Source: Podospora anserina
Taxonomy: Eukaryota
Reading direction: 5' to 3'
DNA length: 64,000 nt
Assembly: GCA_017654855.1 (NCBI GenBank)
Contig: CM030334.1
Location: forward strand, 1,922,001 to 1,986,000
Under the pieces are notes generated by a model, which was given only the letters and a program-made list of their open reading frames with translations, was not told the origin of the DNA and made no database searches. Both the position numbers and the translations under genes were made by a program. This document shows, one piece after another, positions 59,595 through 64,000 of this stretch; position 1 is the first letter of the stretch; each line of letters starts with the position of its first letter.

Positions 59595-60722
59595 ATGACG
59601 CCATCTTCAACCTCCTCTGCATCCCTCGATCTAGGTCGCCCAACCCAGTCCGCCACCTCCATATTCATTTCCTCTCAATTCCGCACCAAGCCTCAGCGCC
59701 TTACCCTAACAAGATCCACCTCGTTGGCAGGCAAAACAGCCCTCATCACCGGTGCAACCACCGGACTGGGCTACCATGCCGCACACAACCTCCTATCACT
59801 CTCTCTTTCCCACCTCATCATCGCAGTTCGCAACACTGAGAAAGGAGAAGAGGTCGCCTCAGGTTTCCGTCGCAAGTTCCCTTCTGCAACCATCACATTC
59901 ATGCACCTCGAGATGTCGTCCTACCCCTCCATCCAATCCTTTACTTCCGCCCTGTCAGACAAGTTCTCAAACACCGACATCACCAAGCCCCGTCTGGACA
60001 TTGCCATCCTCAACGCTGGCGTCGTTTCAGCAAACTTCAGCCTAGACCCTGTCACGGGAAACGACCGTGTCATACAAGTCAATTACCTCGGCACATTCCT
60101 CCTAGCCATCTTGTTGATACCCATCATGCGATCTGTCTCTGGCGGCAACCCAGGTAGACTCACCATTGTCTCCTCTGGTGGTGTATACAACTCCAAACTT
60201 TACCCACCTTCCCCCGGCGTCCCCTTTCTGTCATCGTTCAACAACCTGACGACATCCCCTTCGTCGAATGGGAAAGGAGCATACCAAGCAATGAACCACT
60301 ACTTTGTATCCAAGCTCCTGGGTCAGATGTTTTTTGCCGAGCTGATCCGGAGGGGTTATCTCCCGCCCTCTGATCAACTCATCACCAACCTTGTTGATCC
60401 CGGTTTCTGCAAAGGCACCGAGTTGCAGAGGGAGGCAAGTGGTATTTTGCTTGCTGGGGCGATCAGGTTGGTCAAGGCTATTACTGCGAGGGATATCAAG
60501 GATGGGGCTTGGACGTATGTGGATGCTGTCGTCACGAAAGGAGCAGAGAGTAATGGGTGCTTTGTGATGGATTGGAAGGTTAGCCCGTTTGGATATCAGG
60601 TTTATGAGGAAGGTCACATGACAGTCATGAAGCAACTCTTTGAGGAGACTATGCACGAGTTGGAACTTGCGGGGATAAAGACTGTCCTCGAGGAATTGAG
60701 GGCCGCTCGGAAAGGGTGGTGA
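59595..60722 (+). CDS. Short-chain dehydrogenase/reductase (retinol-dehydrogenase-like)
   Basis: TGATTGLG, LDIAILNAG, QVNYLG, YFVSK catalytic motif, VDPGFC. Confidence 0.93.
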   Translation: MTPSSTSSASLDLGRPTQSATSIFISSQFRTKPQRLTLTRSTSLAGKTALITGATTGLGYHAAHNLLSLSLSHLIIAVRNTEKGEEVASGFRRKFPSATITFMHLEMSSYPSIQSFTSALSDKFSNTDITKPRLDIAILNAGVVSANFSLDPVTGNDRVIQVNYLGTFLLAILLIPIMRSVSGGNPGRLTIVSSGGVYNSKLYPPSPGVPFLSSFNNLTTSPSSNGKGAYQAMNHYFVSKLLGQMFFAELIRRGYLPPSDQLITNLVDPGFCKGTELQREASGILLAGAIRLVKAITARDIKDGAWTYVDAVVTKGAESNGCFVMDWKVSPFGYQVYEEGHMTVMKQLFEETMHELELAGIKTVLEELRAARKGW

Positions 60723-62296
60723 CCCCTAGGGGTGGGCACATGATACTGGGAAGCAAGAATGACAAATGAGACTAGATAACTTCCCGCTGTGCGATATCAA
60801 AATCTTGCTATCACTTTGGCGTTTCATATCTATATCCCCGCCAGTCGTGAGTCAACAAATTTCCTTGTGGCGTTCTTTGGAAAGTGCCCGGTTCAAGACG
60901 TTGCAAACGAAGGTCCTTTGATAGGCCCATAACGTCTTGTTCGGTAGTGTGTTCTAGACCTTGAACTAGGTGTTTGCTTTGATGTTATCATTAGCTCATC
61001 ACTCAAAGGACTGAACCACACGCAGTTGCCGCGACGATTTTGCAAAGATTTGTTGGCCCACATCTTGCGTCCCCCTCTATGTCTCATCATGGAGTTTGAG
61101 GGTTTGTGAACTATTCTAGGTAGGCGTGGTTACGTTGGATGGGTCACGGATGAACAGCGCTTGACCCGGCATTCCTCTCGAAGGACCCTGGATCTGCATG
61201 CTCGCTCTAAGGGACCTGCTCCTACCTATTACATAAGTGGGCGTTAAACCCAGGGTCCAGTCTAAAAGTCCTGGGGATGAGTGGGCTTGAAGGAAAGCGG
61301 TTGTGATGACAGGATGCATTGCAGCCCAAAAATGCAACACGAGTGACATCGTTGCCGTTGATGATGATGTCAGCCAATCAGAGGTATAGGATCGCCGGAA
61401 GAAACGCTATCAGGTAATTCGGGTTCTATCTCTTTGAAGCTTGCAACCTCAGGTTGTTTTATGCCAGTGGGATGTCAACAAAGGTCTGGGAAAAGGTGAT
61501 GCTATTGGTGACGCATGGAGAGAAGAAGCAAGAGGCCGTGGTCCAGGTTGCAAGATGAGGAGGAGCAAGACACATGCAGTGGGCTTACGTCTACGCCCCA
61601 CATGGCTTGATACTCGCATTCATTGACATCCAGGGTGAGGTTTTGATGAAACTTTGTCAATTACCTATACACTTGGTTCTGTCTGCAACGAGTTAGGTAT
61701 CTGTAGATGCTTCATGTTAATCAGCATATCAAGCTTTGAAGGGGGCAGGGCAAGGTCTTTCATGTGAAGCCTCGCTCTCTGAGACTCAACACTTCAATGG
61801 TGGGCATTGACAACATAACTTGATACCTAGCTATGTGATTTATTGGACCATTGACATTGATGTTAACAACACGCATCTTTCAATGATTCGTACTGCTGGG
61901 CATTATAAGCGGAAGGCTCTGAGTTCCAGATTGCGAGCCATCTTGCTGAGGTGTGTAGGATTTGGGTGGATATGCATACTACTGGTAAGTTTTGTTCCAC
62001 TCGGTTTCTCTAGACTGCCACACACTGGTTAGTTGAAGAGCTCTTCTCACACGCCAAAGCAACCAGAATCCTGGTTTCTCAGAGTCCGTGACTAGGCTAG
62101 AGGCTTTGATTGAATTGGTAAGGTTGTACAAAGATGAACCGCATGAGCCCGTGAAGAACAGGAGCCACAAACTTGAACGGAAAACGCGGTTGAGATTTGG
62201 TGAGAGCGATAATTGTCCAAAACAGTCCAAAAACCTCCTTTTATGACTTGATCAAATTAGCCAGGCCCCCCACCCTCCAAACCACAAGTTCCTCAC

Positions 62297-62800
62297 TCAA
62301 TCCCCCCACGCACCCCCCCTCCCCCCCTCACTACAAAAACAGCCCCCCCGATCACCAAAACAGCACCCTCCCCGATCACTAAAGATGCAACCCCCCCTAT
62401 CACTGAAGATACACCCGTTCCTATCACTGCAGAAACATCCCTCTCTATCACTGCAGAAACACCCGCCCCTCGTCGAAAAGAAGCAGCCCCCTGTTGACGA
62501 CCAGAAACATCCTGGCCTGCTGTCGTGGACGGCATACCGCTCGTCGTTGAAGAGTTTGGTTAGGTTATCTGGTTGGGGTTGCATTGGTGGTTGGGGTGTG
62601 TACCCGCAGGTGTGAGGACGGGATGGAGTACAAGCCTGTTGGGGTTTGGGCTGGTCGGACTGTGACTGAGATTGGGAATGGGACTGGGATTGAGATTGGG
62701 AATGTTGCTGGAGGGTTGTTTCGTAAGAAGGAGGAGGATCGGAGGGCGAGGCAGGCTCATCTTGGGGGTTGTAGGGGGTTGTTTTGCTGAGTTTGGCCAT
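62297..62800 (-). CDS. Small protein with a PPSY motif and eight GCxxSxRG-type repeats
   Basis: 167 aa ORF with a 24-nt tandem repeat that preserves an 8-aa period. Confidence 0.75.
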   Translation of the reverse strand: MAKLSKTTPYNPQDEPASPSDPPPSYETTLQQHSQSQSQSHSQSQSQSDQPKPQQACTPSRPHTCGYTPQPPMQPQPDNLTKLFNDERYAVHDSRPGCFWSSTGGCFFSTRGGCFCSDREGCFCSDRNGCIFSDRGGCIFSDRGGCCFGDRGGCFCSEGGRGGAWGD

Positions 62801-63263
62801 GTTTGTGCGATGAATGGATGCCTGGATGAGATATGTTGGCGAGATTCTTGAATTGAATTCAGCTGAATGCAGGCGTTAAGAAACACCGATCTTCAAAAAT
62901 GAAGATGTGCAACCGAAAAGAACCGATGGACCAAAAGTGCGAACATGCCCAGAGAATTATACCCAGCATATAGGATCTTGTGCAGTGCTTATGCCGGCTG
63001 CCTCCAGTATTGGCGCCGCCCAGCAGCAGTGGTATGACGTTTCCATTTTGGAGGTTGCTCGGATTGCTCGGGTTCGCACCAATGAGAGAACCGACAAAGG
63101 TACGCTCACATTTGACCAAAAGCTTCGGACGCGTCATGCCACACTCTTTGGTCTGATGGTAAGTCGGGTGGTTATCTGACCGAATTATTTCCATATCGTG
63201 TATAGTTGAGAGTTCTAAGCTAATTCAACAACATGTGACAGGCCCCAGAGATACGCCAAAAGT

Positions 63264-64000
63264 TCACACATTTCCAAACAACCCTTCAGGAGTCGTCAGC
63301 TTCGTCGCCAAAATCACAACCCCTCCAGCCAGACACATGATACCACTGAACAGAGAAGCCTCCAAATATCCCCCATATTTATCCAACAGCACCCCGTTGA
63401 CCGGCGGCCCAACCAAGATGGCGATAGAACCAACAGCCAAACCCATCCCAATGTAAGTCCCCAAGTTCTGCGGATTAGTCGTGCAAGTTGAAAACGCAGC
63501 CGAGTTCGCCGACACAATCGTGCCCGATGTCAACCCAATAAACACAGCATACACCACCAACCCAGCCGTATCAGTAGCCTTGGTCAAGCACAGGACCACA
63601 ATCCCCGTCGACAATGACCCAAACCCGTAGATATTCAGTTTCCCATATTTGTCGGCCAGAATTCCTGGTAGGATCCTCCCAAATGTCGATGCTCCATTCA
63701 CGATAGCCAGCAAATACGACGCCAAGATCTTGTCCATCCCCTTCGACACCGCATACGAGGGCAGAAAAAACAACGGTGTAAACATCCCCAGCAATACAAA
63801 GAACCCGGCAGCGACCAACCCCACAAATCTCAGCTCTGTAAAGGCTGACCATAGGAAGAACTTCGTCTCTCTCGGCGGCAACCTCGCCCTCAGCGAAAAG
63901 CAACAGAACACCATCATAGGCGCCACAATGAACCCTATCACCCTAACCGACCACCCGAACCCCAGACTGGTATCATTCAACATCTTTCCCAAAGCAATAG
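63264..64000 (-). CDS. MFS monocarboxylate-transporter-like protein (3' part)
   Basis: GFGWSVRVIGFI, NGASTFGRILPGILADKYG, GTYIGM, GPPVNG and multiple TM helices. The 5' end is outside the window. Confidence 0.92.
   Translation of the reverse strand, partial: IALGKMLNDTSLGFGWSVRVIGFIVAPMMVFCCFSLRARLPPRETKFFLWSAFTELRFVGLVAAGFFVLLGMFTPLFFLPSYAVSKGMDKILASYLLAIVNGASTFGRILPGILADKYGKLNIYGFGSLSTGIVVLCLTKATDTAGLVVYAVFIGLTSGTIVSANSAAFSTCTTNPQNLGTYIGMGLAVGSIAILVGPPVNGVLLDKYGGYLEASLFSGIMCLAGGVVILATKLTTPEGLFGNV

Noticed and set aside
62325..62516. CRISPR-like array
   Set aside because: These are degenerate 24-nt coding tandem repeats with no spacers, in eukaryotic DNA.
47200..64000. Secondary metabolite gene cluster
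   Set aside because: P450s, an SDR, a regulator and an MFS transporter are present, but there is no PKS, NRPS or terpene synthase in the window and unrelated genes are interspersed.

Overview
Eukaryotic, intron-containing, gene-dense DNA from a filamentous ascomycete (Sordariales, Podospora-like; the taxon is inferred from gene content, short GT-AG introns with CTRAY branch sites and long C/G runs). The left ~42 kb is mostly housekeeping genes: a JmjC protein, COQ2, RPS23, ADK1, cyclin C, SAL1 and PET8 carriers, WDR48, a TilS-like protein, an acid phosphatase, BET4, an AMA1-like APC/C activator, SYN8 and tRNA-Ile. The right ~22 kb looks accessory: a frameshifted modin-like gene, a Kelch protein, two P450s, PhoD, a disrupted HET-domain gene, a transcription factor/SDR pair, an MFS transporter and three tRNA genes. 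The strongest candidate for something new is a dual-coding segment in BET4 exon 2, where an alternative frame encodes a codon-biased ~64-66 aa hydrophobic microprotein that could be reached by alternative splicing. Other leads are a ~300 nt structured candidate ncRNA, a 453-nt in-frame exitron in SAL1, an unrecognised six-exon orphan gene with only phase-1 introns, and a HET gene with an AT splice donor. Gene models were read by eye and no database searches were run.
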